64,000 nucleotides of DNA from Candidatus Sumerlaeaceae bacterium (GTDB taxonomy: Bacteria; Sumerlaeota; Sumerlaeia; Sumerlaeales; Sumerlaeaceae), in assembly GCA_049968255.1 (NCBI GenBank), contig JBMFRB010000002.1, positions 128,001-192,000 on the forward strand, written 5' to 3'. Below the pieces are notes generated by a model. The model did not search any database, had not been told where the DNA came from, and worked only from the letters and a program-made list of their open reading frames with translations. Numbering within the stretch: the first letter of the stretch is position 1; every line of letters begins with the position of its first letter. The translations under genes and the position numbers were made by a program. Positions 48,724 through 58,137 of the stretch are shown in pieces.

Positions 48724-49679
48724 ACCACGCACAGCGAAAAATCCGTCTCCGCGTTCCCGCCACCACCGCGAACTTGGGTCCGGGCTTCGATTGTCTGGGA
48801 CTAGCATTGCAGTGGTACAACTTTGTCGAAGTGACTGAGCAGACTTCCGATGAGCCGACTTTGGTCATCGACGGACAGGAGGCGCCTGAGGACTTACCGA
48901 GAAGTGCTGAGAATCTGGTGTGGCGGGCTTTTGCTCACGTGTTCCATCTTGTTGCTACCGCGGTCCCTCCGCTGACTATGCGCGTGACAATCGGGACGCC
49001 TATTGCGCGTGGCTTAGGTAGCAGCGCTGCGGCGATTGTTGGCGGAATGGCTGCCGCAAACTTTTTTCTGGGCAAGCCGCTTTCACCGGATCAACTTGTC
49101 GCAGAAATGATCGCGATGGAGGGGCATCCCGATAACGTCGTGGCATGCTACTATGGAGGACTAACGGCCTCACTGGTCACCGATTCAGAAGTCTACGTGC
49201 GCAAGTACTATCCAGCGGAGTCCTTGCGATGCGTGCTCATCGTGCCGGATTATCACCTCTCGACGGCCAATGCGCGGCAGGTTCTGCCACGCCGCGTTTC
49301 GATGAAAGACGCCGTTTTCAACATGGCCCGTATTCCGTTTGTCATTGACAAACTATGTACGGGAGACGTATCAGGACTAGATGTAATTATGGATGATCGC
49401 TTGCACCAGCCTCACCGGCGCAAGCTCATTGCGGAATACGATCTGATCGAATCAGAGGCGATGCGGGCTGGAGCTGCTGCAGTTTGCCTTAGTGGCTCTG
49501 GCCCCACTTTGCTTGCAGTAACGGAACGCGAGCGAGCCGCTAAAGTGGCGGATGCTGTAAAAAAAATGCTCATCGAGATCGGAAAGGCTTTCCGTGTCCA
49601 GATCGTCGCACCTGATTCACACGGGGTGCATTGCGAAGAGGGTGATGCCGCTTTTGCCACGAAATGTCCTGCTCCCTAA
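48720..49679 (+). CDS. thrB: Homoserine kinase (GHMP)
   Basis: VPATTANLGPGFDCLG, PIARGLGSSAAA, EGHPDNV and LSGSGPT. Confidence 0.94.
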   Translation: MNHAQRKIRLRVPATTANLGPGFDCLGLALQWYNFVEVTEQTSDEPTLVIDGQEAPEDLPRSAENLVWRAFAHVFHLVATAVPPLTMRVTIGTPIARGLGSSAAAIVGGMAAANFFLGKPLSPDQLVAEMIAMEGHPDNVVACYYGGLTASLVTDSEVYVRKYYPAESLRCVLIVPDYHLSTANARQVLPRRVSMKDAVFNMARIPFVIDKLCTGDVSGLDVIMDDRLHQPHRRKLIAEYDLIESEAMRAGAAAVCLSGSGPTLLAVTERERAAKVADAVKKMLIEIGKAFRVQIVAPDSHGVHCEEGDAAFATKCPAP

Positions 49680-49726
49680 TTTCCCAGCTGCCCGCGGAGG
49701 ATTATGATCATGAGCTCCGTTACTGT

Positions 49727-49749
49727 GGGGGGACGGCGGGCTTCCCCCC
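49727..49749. terminator. GC-rich hairpin between convergent thrB and small lipoprotein genes
   Basis: gggggga-N9-tcccccc stem; no clean U-tract. Confidence 0.35.
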
Positions 49750-49789
49750 CTGCGACCATTTCCTTTCCGGCTCGCTGATGTGCGCTTGA

Positions 49790-50002
49790 TCACCACTCTG
49801 CGGGAGGAGGCGTCTTGGCGCGCGACTCGTTCGTCAGTGGTGTAGGCGAGAGGTCAGGAATCGGATAGGCTGGTGGAGGCACAGGGCGTTCAGTTCGGGC
49901 CCATCCAAACGTGTTTGTGCGTGAATTGTATGCACATCCACCAATGAAGAGGCTGGCAAAGAGCAGCGCTATGAAGAGAAGAATTTTCATCATAGGCCAC
50001 AT
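49790..50002 (-). CDS. Small putative lipoprotein
   Basis: MMKILLFIALLFASLFIGG-C signal with lipobox-like IGGC; Pro-rich tail. Confidence 0.55.
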   Translation of the reverse strand: MWPMMKILLFIALLFASLFIGGCAYNSRTNTFGWARTERPVPPPAYPIPDLSPTPLTNESRAKTPPPAEW

Positions 50003-50032
50003 TTACGATAGCTGGATTCCGGATGGTCAAGC

Positions 50033-51151
50033 ATGACTGAACGAAGACTCAGCAAGGTTTTGCTCGCGGCAGGTGGCACGGGTGGCCACATTCTGCCAGC
50101 GATTGCTCTCGGGCGTGCGCTAGAAGAAAGGGGCCTGGCAAAAGTCTCCTATCTATGCGGCCAACGGCCGGTGGAACTCGACCTCTACAGCCGCGAGAAC
50201 ATCGAGCCAATTGTGGTTCCCGTTCGGCAGTTGGGAGCTTCTGTGCTCGAACGACTACGTGGCGGCTGGGCCGCGATTGCGGTGACCTGGCGATGCAGGC
50301 GGTTGATCCACGAGGAGCGATTTGACGCGGTCGTGGGGATGGGGGGATACGTTTCAGGGCCGGCCGTATTGGCGGGGATCGTGACCAGACGCGCAACGGT
50401 TATTCACGAGGCGAATTCTGTGCCGGGCAAAACAAACCGCTGGCTGGCCCCATGGGTCAAGATGGTTGCGGTGAACTTTTCACGCACGGCCTCGCAGCTG
50501 CGCAGCAGACAATGTGAAATTGTGGGCATGCCAATTCGCAGCCGAATCTTGCATGGGTTTCGGGAAAAAGGAATAGAGCTTTTTGGACTCGATGCGCGCA
50601 AGCGAACCTTACTCGTTGTAGGGGGCAGCCAAGGCGCACGCAATCTCAACTACGCACTCGCTGGGGCGCTGCCCCTGCTCGACAGGCCGGAATTCTCGGA
50701 TGTGCAGCTCCTCTGGAGCACGGGAGCGAGTCATTACGACAACCTTGTAGGCTTGGTGAGTCGGCTAGGGCTTCAGCATTTACGTGTGAAATTGGTTCCG
50801 TTTATCGCGGAAATGGAGCATGCGCTCGCGTGTGCAGACGCGGCGATTTCTCGAGCTGGGGCGAGCGCGATTGCGGAGCTTCTTGCCACCGGTGTGTTTG
50901 CTCTGTATGTGCCTCTGCCAAATGCAATTTACGATCACCAGCGAAAAAACGCACTGGAACTGGTTTCTGCTGGACTCGGCATGATGTTGCTCGAGCACGA
51001 GATGACTCCCCAGACAACGATGTCTGCGATTGCCGAACTTCTTGCTTTAGCGCCAGCAAAGCGAGAGGCTGTGGCAGCAGCAGGGGAGATTCATCGCCAT
51101 GCGGCGGAGAAACTTGCCATGCTTGTGAGTGAGGCAGCGAATTCGCGGTGA
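50033..51151 (+). CDS. murG: UDP-GlcNAc:lipid I GlcNAc transferase
   Basis: GGTGGHILP, GMGGYVSGP, HEANSVPG.TN, GGSQGA and SRAGAS. Confidence 0.93.
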   Translation: MTERRLSKVLLAAGGTGGHILPAIALGRALEERGLAKVSYLCGQRPVELDLYSRENIEPIVVPVRQLGASVLERLRGGWAAIAVTWRCRRLIHEERFDAVVGMGGYVSGPAVLAGIVTRRATVIHEANSVPGKTNRWLAPWVKMVAVNFSRTASQLRSRQCEIVGMPIRSRILHGFREKGIELFGLDARKRTLLVVGGSQGARNLNYALAGALPLLDRPEFSDVQLLWSTGASHYDNLVGLVSRLGLQHLRVKLVPFIAEMEHALACADAAISRAGASAIAELLATGVFALYVPLPNAIYDHQRKNALELVSAGLGMMLLEHEMTPQTTMSAIAELLALAPAKREAVAAAGEIHRHAAEKLAMLVSEAANSR

Positions 51152-51166
51152 GCAAATGAGCCTTTG

Positions 51167-51988
51167 TTATTGAGTTAACTTCGATCTCCAGCGGACGTAT
51201 CCAAGGAGACCAATCCCAAGCAGAATCATGATGGCGCAGAGGATTTGTCCCATTGTCATCCAGCCGAAATAGTAGGGAAGTTGCGGATCTTTCTCTCGAA
51301 AGAATTCCAACAGGAAGCGGATACAGCCGTACCAAAGAAGGGCCACACTTGTGATTGTCCCATGATTTTTGACGCGCCGCCGTATGGACCAGAGCAAAAG
51401 AAACAGAAGGATGCCCTCGCCCAAAGCTTCGTAAAGCTGCGAAGGGTGACGAGCTGACGTGTAGTTGAGGATGTTGCCCATGTCGTCGTAGATCGGAAAT
51501 CGCATGGCCCACGGCATGGCTGTGGGGCGTCCGTAGAGCTCGGCATTGATAAAATTGCCGAGCCGACCGAGCGCAATGCCTGGGGCCGCAGCAATGGCTA
51601 GGCTGTCCGTCAGATTTAGCAGAGGAAGGCTGTGGCGGCGGGCATAGAAATAACAGATGAAGATCATGCCGATGGCGCCTCCGTGAAACGACAGGCCGCC
51701 GTGCCAAATCGCGAAAGGGGTGTACCACCAGACAAACGGCGAGTCGGGTGTTGGCACATAATATACGAGCATGTAAATGCCCCGTGCGCCAATCAGCATT
51801 CCCAGAAAAAGAGAGAGCAGAAAACTTTCGATACGCGTTTCTGACAGGCGTAAAAAGTTTTCGCGCGCGAGTTTCCGCAAAATTTGCCATCCGATGAGAT
51901 AGGCGAGAACGTACATCACGCCGTACCACCGAATGCGTAACGGGCCGATACGCAGCAGCTCTGGGCCAATTTCGGGATACCGAATCAT
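51167..51988 (-). CDS. lgt: Prolipoprotein diacylglyceryl transferase
   Basis: IRWYG, GGLSFHGG, GRLGNFINAELYGRPT, RHPSQLYE and EFFRE; likely start 51988. Confidence 0.96.
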   Translation of the reverse strand: MIRYPEIGPELLRIGPLRIRWYGVMYVLAYLIGWQILRKLARENFLRLSETRIESFLLSLFLGMLIGARGIYMLVYYVPTPDSPFVWWYTPFAIWHGGLSFHGGAIGMIFICYFYARRHSLPLLNLTDSLAIAAAPGIALGRLGNFINAELYGRPTAMPWAMRFPIYDDMGNILNYTSARHPSQLYEALGEGILLFLLLWSIRRRVKNHGTITSVALLWYGCIRFLLEFFREKDPQLPYYFGWMTMGQILCAIMILLGIGLLGYVRWRSKLTQ

Positions 51989-52064
51989 CTTGCGTGGATG
52001 CTCCGATTGATGCCAATCGCCTCGAACACGACACAGCGCCTTGTGTAGCAAAGTCTAGAGGATC

Positions 52065-53462
52065 ATGCGACAAATGGCAGCCAGCATGAACATCACGAAG
52101 CACTATTACACCCCGGATCTGAGCAGATTGAAGGCTATTGCATCTGAGGCTCCACTTTTGAGTCCAGAACAAGCGCAAGAGATCCTCGACCGTTCGGAGA
52201 TCCCCGCGCTTTCATTGCCTGAGGTAGCGGGCTTCGTAAAGGCAGTGCTGAGCAATCCTGTGGGCAAAGTGACGCAACTTGTGCTCGAAAAAGCTGTCGG
52301 ACTTCGTCGCGCACTGTTTAGTGATGCTGTTGTGCCGATGGCGCCGATGGAAATCGCTAACACCTGTGCTTCCGACTGCATCTTTTGTGGCTGGCGTATT
52401 TCCAACAGCGAAATGAAGCGTCTGCGCATGCCCGATGATCTTATTCTTCTTCAGGTCGAGTATCTCCTCGACTTGGGCATAAACTACATCGAATTTGTTT
52501 CCGGTGATGATCTGGTCGCTGTGCGACAGCAGTTGCCGCGATTACTTGCGCGCACGAAAGAACTTTTTCAGGCGCGCGGCGTGGAAGGCAAAACATGCTT
52601 TTGCACCTTGGCGCTAACCGAAAAGCAATATAGTGAGCTACGCGACGGTGGCGCCGATGCGATGATTGTGTGGCAGGAAACCTATGATCCGGACGTTTTC
52701 GCGCGTTACGTCACCGATGGTCCAAAAGCTTTTGGTATCCGTGACGACTGGACGTGGGATAAAAGTGGCAATGGCTGGTTGTTTCGTTACCAGTCGCAGG
52801 AGCGAGCCTTGCGCGCAGGCCTTGAAGTTGCCCTCGGAACGATGCTGGGTCTCAATCCTGATGTAACGTTTGAATTTCTAGCGACAGTGGATCATGCCCG
52901 GTACCTTCTCGACAATTATTCGCTTACGCCCGAACATCCGCTGATCATTGGGATGCCAATCTGGAATCCGATTCCAACTCGCACATCAGACATGCGGAGA
53001 AGCGATTTGCCGGATATCGAGAAGCTCTTTCCGGTTTTTGCTGCCTTGTATTTGCTTAGCCTTCCCACCCCTGCAACGTGGGTTTTCCCGAACTGCCGTG
53101 TGCCTCTGACCGTGCAAGTTGAAGCGGCTCGTGTGGCAGGCGCTTTCACGTCCACCGAGGTCAAGCTCGGTCCGGGAGGTTATCTACCCTCTGTCATTCA
53201 AAAAATGGAAATGCAGGGCAAAAACACGGTCGCGTTGCGCAAGCGACTGGCGAGATTGCTTCGCGAGGCAGGTGAAAATGTGGACGAACTAGCGCGCGCA
53301 CTCGATGAGCGGGAGCAGTTTGTGCACCACTACCATGCCCACGTGGCGTATCTGCGCGCGTTAGCAGACGCAGGCCTGTCCGTTGTGTCCGGGGTGCGCA
53401 TCCCTGAAGTCGCTAAGAATGTATGCCAGAGCCCAGATGTGGTCGTGTGCGGCGAAGGCTAG
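52065..53462 (+). CDS. Radical SAM enzyme, divergent ThiH/HydG/NosL (BATS) family
   Basis: CASDCIFC (CxxxCxxC), VSGD, WQETYD, GPK, RYQSQERALRAG, G.MLGL, PGGY and EQF. Confidence 0.85.
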   Translation: MRQMAASMNITKHYYTPDLSRLKAIASEAPLLSPEQAQEILDRSEIPALSLPEVAGFVKAVLSNPVGKVTQLVLEKAVGLRRALFSDAVVPMAPMEIANTCASDCIFCGWRISNSEMKRLRMPDDLILLQVEYLLDLGINYIEFVSGDDLVAVRQQLPRLLARTKELFQARGVEGKTCFCTLALTEKQYSELRDGGADAMIVWQETYDPDVFARYVTDGPKAFGIRDDWTWDKSGNGWLFRYQSQERALRAGLEVALGTMLGLNPDVTFEFLATVDHARYLLDNYSLTPEHPLIIGMPIWNPIPTRTSDMRRSDLPDIEKLFPVFAALYLLSLPTPATWVFPNCRVPLTVQVEAARVAGAFTSTEVKLGPGGYLPSVIQKMEMQGKNTVALRKRLARLLREAGENVDELARALDEREQFVHHYHAHVAYLRALADAGLSVVSGVRIPEVAKNVCQSPDVVVCGEG

Positions 53463-53965
53463 CGCACGCGACCAAAATCATCCTCGACGCGAACAATGTC
53501 ATCTTCGTCCGACGGATTCTCTGGATCTGTACTTTGCCAAATCTCGGCAATGCGCCCCCAACCGTGCAGGCCAGTGAGCCGATGCCATGCTCCGCAAGGA
53601 ATTTGCACAACTTCACCCGTATCAAACACAAAAGTTTCAAGGCTGGAACCATCTGGGCCGATTTCAATTTTTACCGGCCCGTCGATGACACGCCAGTGTT
53701 CGCATCGGCGATGATGATACTGCAGCGAGAGGCGCTTGCCTGGTGCGACAAGGAGAATTTTAGGGTCAAGACGAAGTCCCTTATCGAGACCACTAACTTC
53801 TGTTCCTTGCCAGTAGGCGTGAAAAAAACGCAGAAAACTCGCTTCGCTGAAGCGCAGAAATCCGCCCCACGGCCGATCGCAGGAAGAGAGTTCTTCAAGT
53901 ATCTCAATGCCAAACCCTCTGGCTTCAGCCTTGAGGCGTTCAAACAACCATTTTTTGAGTTCCAC
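53459..53965 (-). CDS. Stand-alone mannose-6-phosphate-isomerase-type cupin
   Basis: RPWGGF, PGKRLSLQYHHRRCEHW, HRL and EDDIVRVEDDFGR (type II PMI C-terminal cupin). Confidence 0.85.
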   Translation of the reverse strand: MELKKWLFERLKAEARGFGIEILEELSSCDRPWGGFLRFSEASFLRFFHAYWQGTEVSGLDKGLRLDPKILLVAPGKRLSLQYHHRRCEHWRVIDGPVKIEIGPDGSSLETFVFDTGEVVQIPCGAWHRLTGLHGWGRIAEIWQSTDPENPSDEDDIVRVEDDFGRVR

Positions 53966-54046
53966 CTTTCCAGGATCTCCTTCTTACGCGCAACTTGCCT
54001 GCCGACAGCCAGTAGAGTCTATGTTTGCAGGGCTTATTATACGTAA

Positions 54047-56299
54047 CTAGAGAAGGTCGTAGGGATCAACGTCCACAATAATTTGAATTCGGCTATGGCC
54101 ACGCTGCTTTGAGAACTCTTTTAGTGCCTGTCTTGTGATTTGCCGCATCTTGGAGCCAGCCTCGCCTCTTAGCAAAGCTCGCCAGCGGTATTGTCCTTCG
54201 AGCCTTTGCAGAGGGGCAGGGGTTGGGCCAAGCACTGTGACGCGATCACGGAGCGGATATGCAATGTCTTTTAAAATAATAATAAATTGTTTAAATAGCT
54301 CTTCTGTTATCTCTGGATTATTGCCCATGCCTAGAAATCCAACCAACCGATGATAAGGAGGAAAACGTAAGATTTTACGGATGCGAATCTCTTTTTCGTA
54401 AAAACCAACGAAGTCGTGATTTCGTGCGAATTGGATAGCGTAATGGTCGGGCACATATGTTTGAATAATCACCTTCCCCGGTGAGTCGCCGCGACCAGCC
54501 CGGCCAGCAACTTGGGTGAGTAGAGAGAACGCGCGTTCGGCAGCACGGAAGTCGGGCTGAAAAAGTGAGACATCTGCCAAAGGCACAACGACAAGGGCAA
54601 TGCCTTCCAGGTGGATGCCACGAGCGATCATTTGTGTGCCAACAATGATGTCCACCTCGCGGCGACTGATCTGTTCCCACGCTTCGATGTGTGCGGTGCG
54701 CCGGCGCATAGTATCGAGATCAATTCGGAGTACTTTCTTGTGAGGAAAAAGCCTAGCCAATTCCTCTTCTATGCGTTGAGTGCCGACGCCGACCATCGAA
54801 AGCTCGGTGGTGTCGCAGTAGGGGCAACTTGTGGGGCGTCGCAGCATATGCCCACAATAGTGACAGATCAACCGGTCGCCGACTTTGTGGTAAGTCAGGG
54901 CGACGTCGCAGTGTGGGCACTTGAGCGTTTGTTTGCACCCTAAGCAGATAACGAAATTGAAAAATCCGCGCCGGTTGAGAAAAACTAGCACCTGGTTTCC
55001 TGCATCGAGCGTAGCCGTCATGGCCGAGCCAATTTCGGGACTCAAAAGCGAAACGTCTTGGTCGAGTTGCACTTTCTCCGCGAGGTCAATCACCGTGATT
55101 GGGGGCAGAGGACGTCCGTCAATTCTCTGGCTCAGCGTGAGAAGCTCAAACTTCCCCGTAACAGCCTTGTGATAGGTCTCAACGCTAGGCGTAGCGCTAC
55201 CGAGCACGACAACTGCGCCGCACTGATGCGCATGAACGATCGCCACATCGCGCGCGTGGTATCTCGGTGTGGTATCTTGCTTGTAGGTGGCCTCGTGCTC
55301 TTCATCCACGATAATAATACGCAGGTTCTGCATAGGAGCGAAAATAGCCGAGCGAGCGCCGATAAGGATCCGGCAGCGCCCATCCTGGATTCGCCCCCAC
55401 AGATCAAATTTTTGCCCTACCGTCAGACGCGAATGGTAGACCCCGACGAAGTCGCCAAACCGGCGACGGAACCTGTCCACAGTCTGGGGGGTGAGCGAAA
55501 TTTCGGGGACCAAAACGATTGCAGAGCCCCCGAGATCAAGCGCGTGCCAAATGGCCTGCAAATAAACTTCTGTTTTTCCACTTCCCGTGATGCCGTGAAG
55601 CAGAAATGTACGATGCTCGCCTCGATCAAGTTGTGTGCTGATAGCTTCAAGGGCGGCGCGTTGCGCAGAGTTAAGGTCCAAAGGCTGCTCCGGCTCGCCG
55701 CCGGTCGGATAGTCATCGCTGCGCTCGATAATCTTTTCCTGCCATATGAGGATTCCAGTGTTCAGAAGTTTGCGAATGACTGCCTGTGAAACGCCCGTAG
55801 CGGTGCGTAGCTTGTCAGCGCAAGCTTTTCCTCCGTGGTTTCTGAGCCAAGACACAACCAGAGCCTGTTTTGGTGTCAGGTCTGTCAAATTGTTAGCTTG
55901 TGTTGTTAGGGCAAGAAGTCGTTGCGTCTTCGGAGTGACCTCATTGAATCCGATGAATGAGACACACGCCAAGGTCTGGCCAAATGGCGCGAGGTAGTAT
56001 TCGCTTATCCATCGGGCGAGCTCGATTGTTCGTGGTTCGATCATGAACTGGGGACTGATGATCCGCGCGATTGGTCTGATTTTTGTTGCGGGCAGCTCGC
56101 CTGGCGTATGTTTCAGGCCGATGATGCAACCCCGGACCAGCCGTTTGCCAAACGGCACAAGAACGAGACGTCCTGCACAAGCCGTGTTTTGCAGCGATTG
56201 GGGAACGGTGTATGTAAAAAGCCCCTCTACAGGCTCTTCCACCGCAACATCAGCGTAAAGGGTGCATGCCCGCTCCGAAGCTCGTGGGTCCGATTTCAT
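54047..56299 (-). CDS. priA: Primosomal protein N'
   Basis: GITGSGKTEVY, LVPEISLTPQ, DEEHE, SATPS, four CxxC and QVAGRAGR. Confidence 0.97.
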   Translation of the reverse strand: MKSDPRASERACTLYADVAVEEPVEGLFTYTVPQSLQNTACAGRLVLVPFGKRLVRGCIIGLKHTPGELPATKIRPIARIISPQFMIEPRTIELARWISEYYLAPFGQTLACVSFIGFNEVTPKTQRLLALTTQANNLTDLTPKQALVVSWLRNHGGKACADKLRTATGVSQAVIRKLLNTGILIWQEKIIERSDDYPTGGEPEQPLDLNSAQRAALEAISTQLDRGEHRTFLLHGITGSGKTEVYLQAIWHALDLGGSAIVLVPEISLTPQTVDRFRRRFGDFVGVYHSRLTVGQKFDLWGRIQDGRCRILIGARSAIFAPMQNLRIIIVDEEHEATYKQDTTPRYHARDVAIVHAHQCGAVVVLGSATPSVETYHKAVTGKFELLTLSQRIDGRPLPPITVIDLAEKVQLDQDVSLLSPEIGSAMTATLDAGNQVLVFLNRRGFFNFVICLGCKQTLKCPHCDVALTYHKVGDRLICHYCGHMLRRPTSCPYCDTTELSMVGVGTQRIEEELARLFPHKKVLRIDLDTMRRRTAHIEAWEQISRREVDIIVGTQMIARGIHLEGIALVVVPLADVSLFQPDFRAAERAFSLLTQVAGRAGRGDSPGKVIIQTYVPDHYAIQFARNHDFVGFYEKEIRIRKILRFPPYHRLVGFLGMGNNPEITEELFKQFIIILKDIAYPLRDRVTVLGPTPAPLQRLEGQYRWRALLRGEAGSKMRQITRQALKEFSKQRGHSRIQIIVDVDPYDLL

Positions 56300-56464
56300 A
56301 GATCTATGTTCCTGGGGTGCTCCCGTACCGTCATTAGCACAGATGTTTCGACGTTCGATAAGCTAAAAGGTTTTCACAGAGGGTGCACCTCACAAGCGGA
56401 ATGTTAGCGGCCAAAGCTCTACTTTAACTTGAACGGCGTGTGCCGCATGGATCATTTTCCGGGT

Positions 56465-57127
56465 ATGCGTTTGATAGTGAGTTGGATACTAAGTTATCTT
56501 ATCGGCTCTATCCCAACGGGCCTATTGATAGCCAAGCTCACGGGCAACCTCGATATACGTGAGCATGGCAGCGGAAACATTGGCGCCACAAATGTGGCTC
56601 GTGTGCTGGGCAAGAAGTGGGGAGCGATTGTCCTAGCTTTGGATATCTTGAAGGGCTTTCTGCCCGTTGTTATTCTGCCGGCGCTTTTTGGCCTTCCCAC
56701 GCGCGAGAGTGGTCTCGTCGAGATCACCATTGGCGCAGCGGCTGTTCTTGGCCATTGCTTCAGCATCTTCTTGGGATTCAAAGGGGGAAAGGGCGTGGCC
56801 ACGGCAATCGGTGTGTTTTTAGCCATCGCCCCGTTGCAGATTATTTTGCTAACGGTTATCGGGCTCATTCTTATTGCGTGGAAAGGGTATGTGTCGCTCG
56901 CGTCGGTCATGTGTGCCGCCCTGCTGCCTTTCTTTTTTTACTTTTCCCATCAACCTATTGCAGTGCTTCTCGTGGCAGAAATCCTTGCTGCGGTGGTGAT
57001 CCTCAAACATTGGCCTAACATGCTTCGCTTGATTCGGGGGGAAGAAATTCCGGTGTGGCAAGAAAAGCCCAACGGTGACGATGGCGAACGTATTCCAATC
57101 ACACGTGACGGGGACTCGAACGTCTAG
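56465..57127 (+). CDS. plsY: Glycerol-3-phosphate acyltransferase
   Basis: SYLIGSIP, GSGNIGATN..R, D.LKG, GH..SIFLGFKGGKGVAT and H..N..RL..G.E. Confidence 0.95.
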   Translation: MRLIVSWILSYLIGSIPTGLLIAKLTGNLDIREHGSGNIGATNVARVLGKKWGAIVLALDILKGFLPVVILPALFGLPTRESGLVEITIGAAAVLGHCFSIFLGFKGGKGVATAIGVFLAIAPLQIILLTVIGLILIAWKGYVSLASVMCAALLPFFFYFSHQPIAVLLVAEILAAVVILKHWPNMLRLIRGEEIPVWQEKPNGDDGERIPITRDGDSNV

Positions 57128-57129
57128 GG

Positions 57130-58137
57130 ATGGAGACTGTTACTGTTTTTGGTGCGGGTGCGTGGGGAGCGACGCTTGCCGATCTTCTGGCACGCAAAGG
57201 CGCTCAAGTTACGGTCTGGGATGTTGATTCTCGAATTCTTGAGCAGCTGCGCACCACGCGTCGGCGCGGCAAACCGCCAGCCCTCGTGGTTCACGACTCG
57301 GTTGTCTTTGAGGCAGAGCTTTCGACTGCTGCTCACAGAAGTGATGTGTGGGTTTGTGTTGTTCCCTCGTTTGCCGTTCGCGATCTTTGCAGGAGCCTCG
57401 GTGCGACGTTTGGTGACCTAGGGGAGCGCGTATTTGTGAACTGTGCCAAGGGAATTGAGGAGCAAACTTTGGCGATTCCCAGTGACATTTTTGCAGAGGA
57501 ATTGGGGCGAAATCGTCTGGTGCAGTACGCCGTGCTTTCCGGCCCAAGCCATGCAGAAGAAGTGTGCTTGGGAATTCCCACGAGCGTCGTGTGTGCCTCG
57601 GACGATGATATGACGGCGCGGCGGGTGCAGGCATTGTTCGGAACCCGAGTGTTTCGTATCTATACGCAAAAGGACCGAATTGGTGTGGAGATGGGCGCGG
57701 CGCTGAAGAATGTGATCGCAATTGCCGCAGGCGCCTGCGATGGTCTCGGATTTGGTGACAACACAAAAGCGGCTCTCGTGACGCGTGGACTTGCTGAAAT
57801 AACGCGGGCGGCGGTTGCTGTCGGTGCTTCCCCTCAGACGTTGGCAGGACTTGCCGGCCTCGGGGATCTCATTGTTACGGCAATGAGCCGGCACAGCCGC
57901 AACAGGCTGTTTGGCGAACTTTTGGCCAAAGGCCGTTCTGTTACTGACGCGCTTCAGGAAGTCGGGGCCGTCGTCGAAGGCTACCGGACTTGCAGTTCAG
58001 CTTACGCTCTCAGTCAAAAGCTCGGCATTGAGATGCCGATCACAGCAGCAATTTATGGCGTTCTTTACGAAGGGATAAGTATCCAGGATGCGACAGCGCA
58101 GTTACTTGATCGTGACCCCAAGCCAGAGATTTACTAA
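57130..58137 (+). CDS. gpsA: NAD(P)H-dependent glycerol-3-phosphate dehydrogenase
   Basis: GAGAWG, KGIE, LSGPSHAEE, ALKNVIAIAAG, GLGDLIVT and SRNR. Confidence 0.96.
   Translation: METVTVFGAGAWGATLADLLARKGAQVTVWDVDSRILEQLRTTRRRGKPPALVVHDSVVFEAELSTAAHRSDVWVCVVPSFAVRDLCRSLGATFGDLGERVFVNCAKGIEEQTLAIPSDIFAEELGRNRLVQYAVLSGPSHAEEVCLGIPTSVVCASDDDMTARRVQALFGTRVFRIYTQKDRIGVEMGAALKNVIAIAAGACDGLGFGDNTKAALVTRGLAEITRAAVAVGASPQTLAGLAGLGDLIVTAMSRHSRNRLFGELLAKGRSVTDALQEVGAVVEGYRTCSSAYALSQKLGIEMPITAAIYGVLYEGISIQDATAQLLDRDPKPEIY

Noticed and set aside
49680-49789. Possible SRP RNA or other ncRNA (GCCGGAAAGGAAA on minus strand)
   Set aside because: Does not match the SRP domain IV consensus CAGGTCCGGAAGGAAGCAG or its long stem.
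50802-52178. 458-aa minus-strand ORF overlapping murG, lgt and the radical SAM gene
   Set aside because: Arg/Ser/Pro-rich alternative frame of lgt, typical of GC-rich off-frame ORFs.
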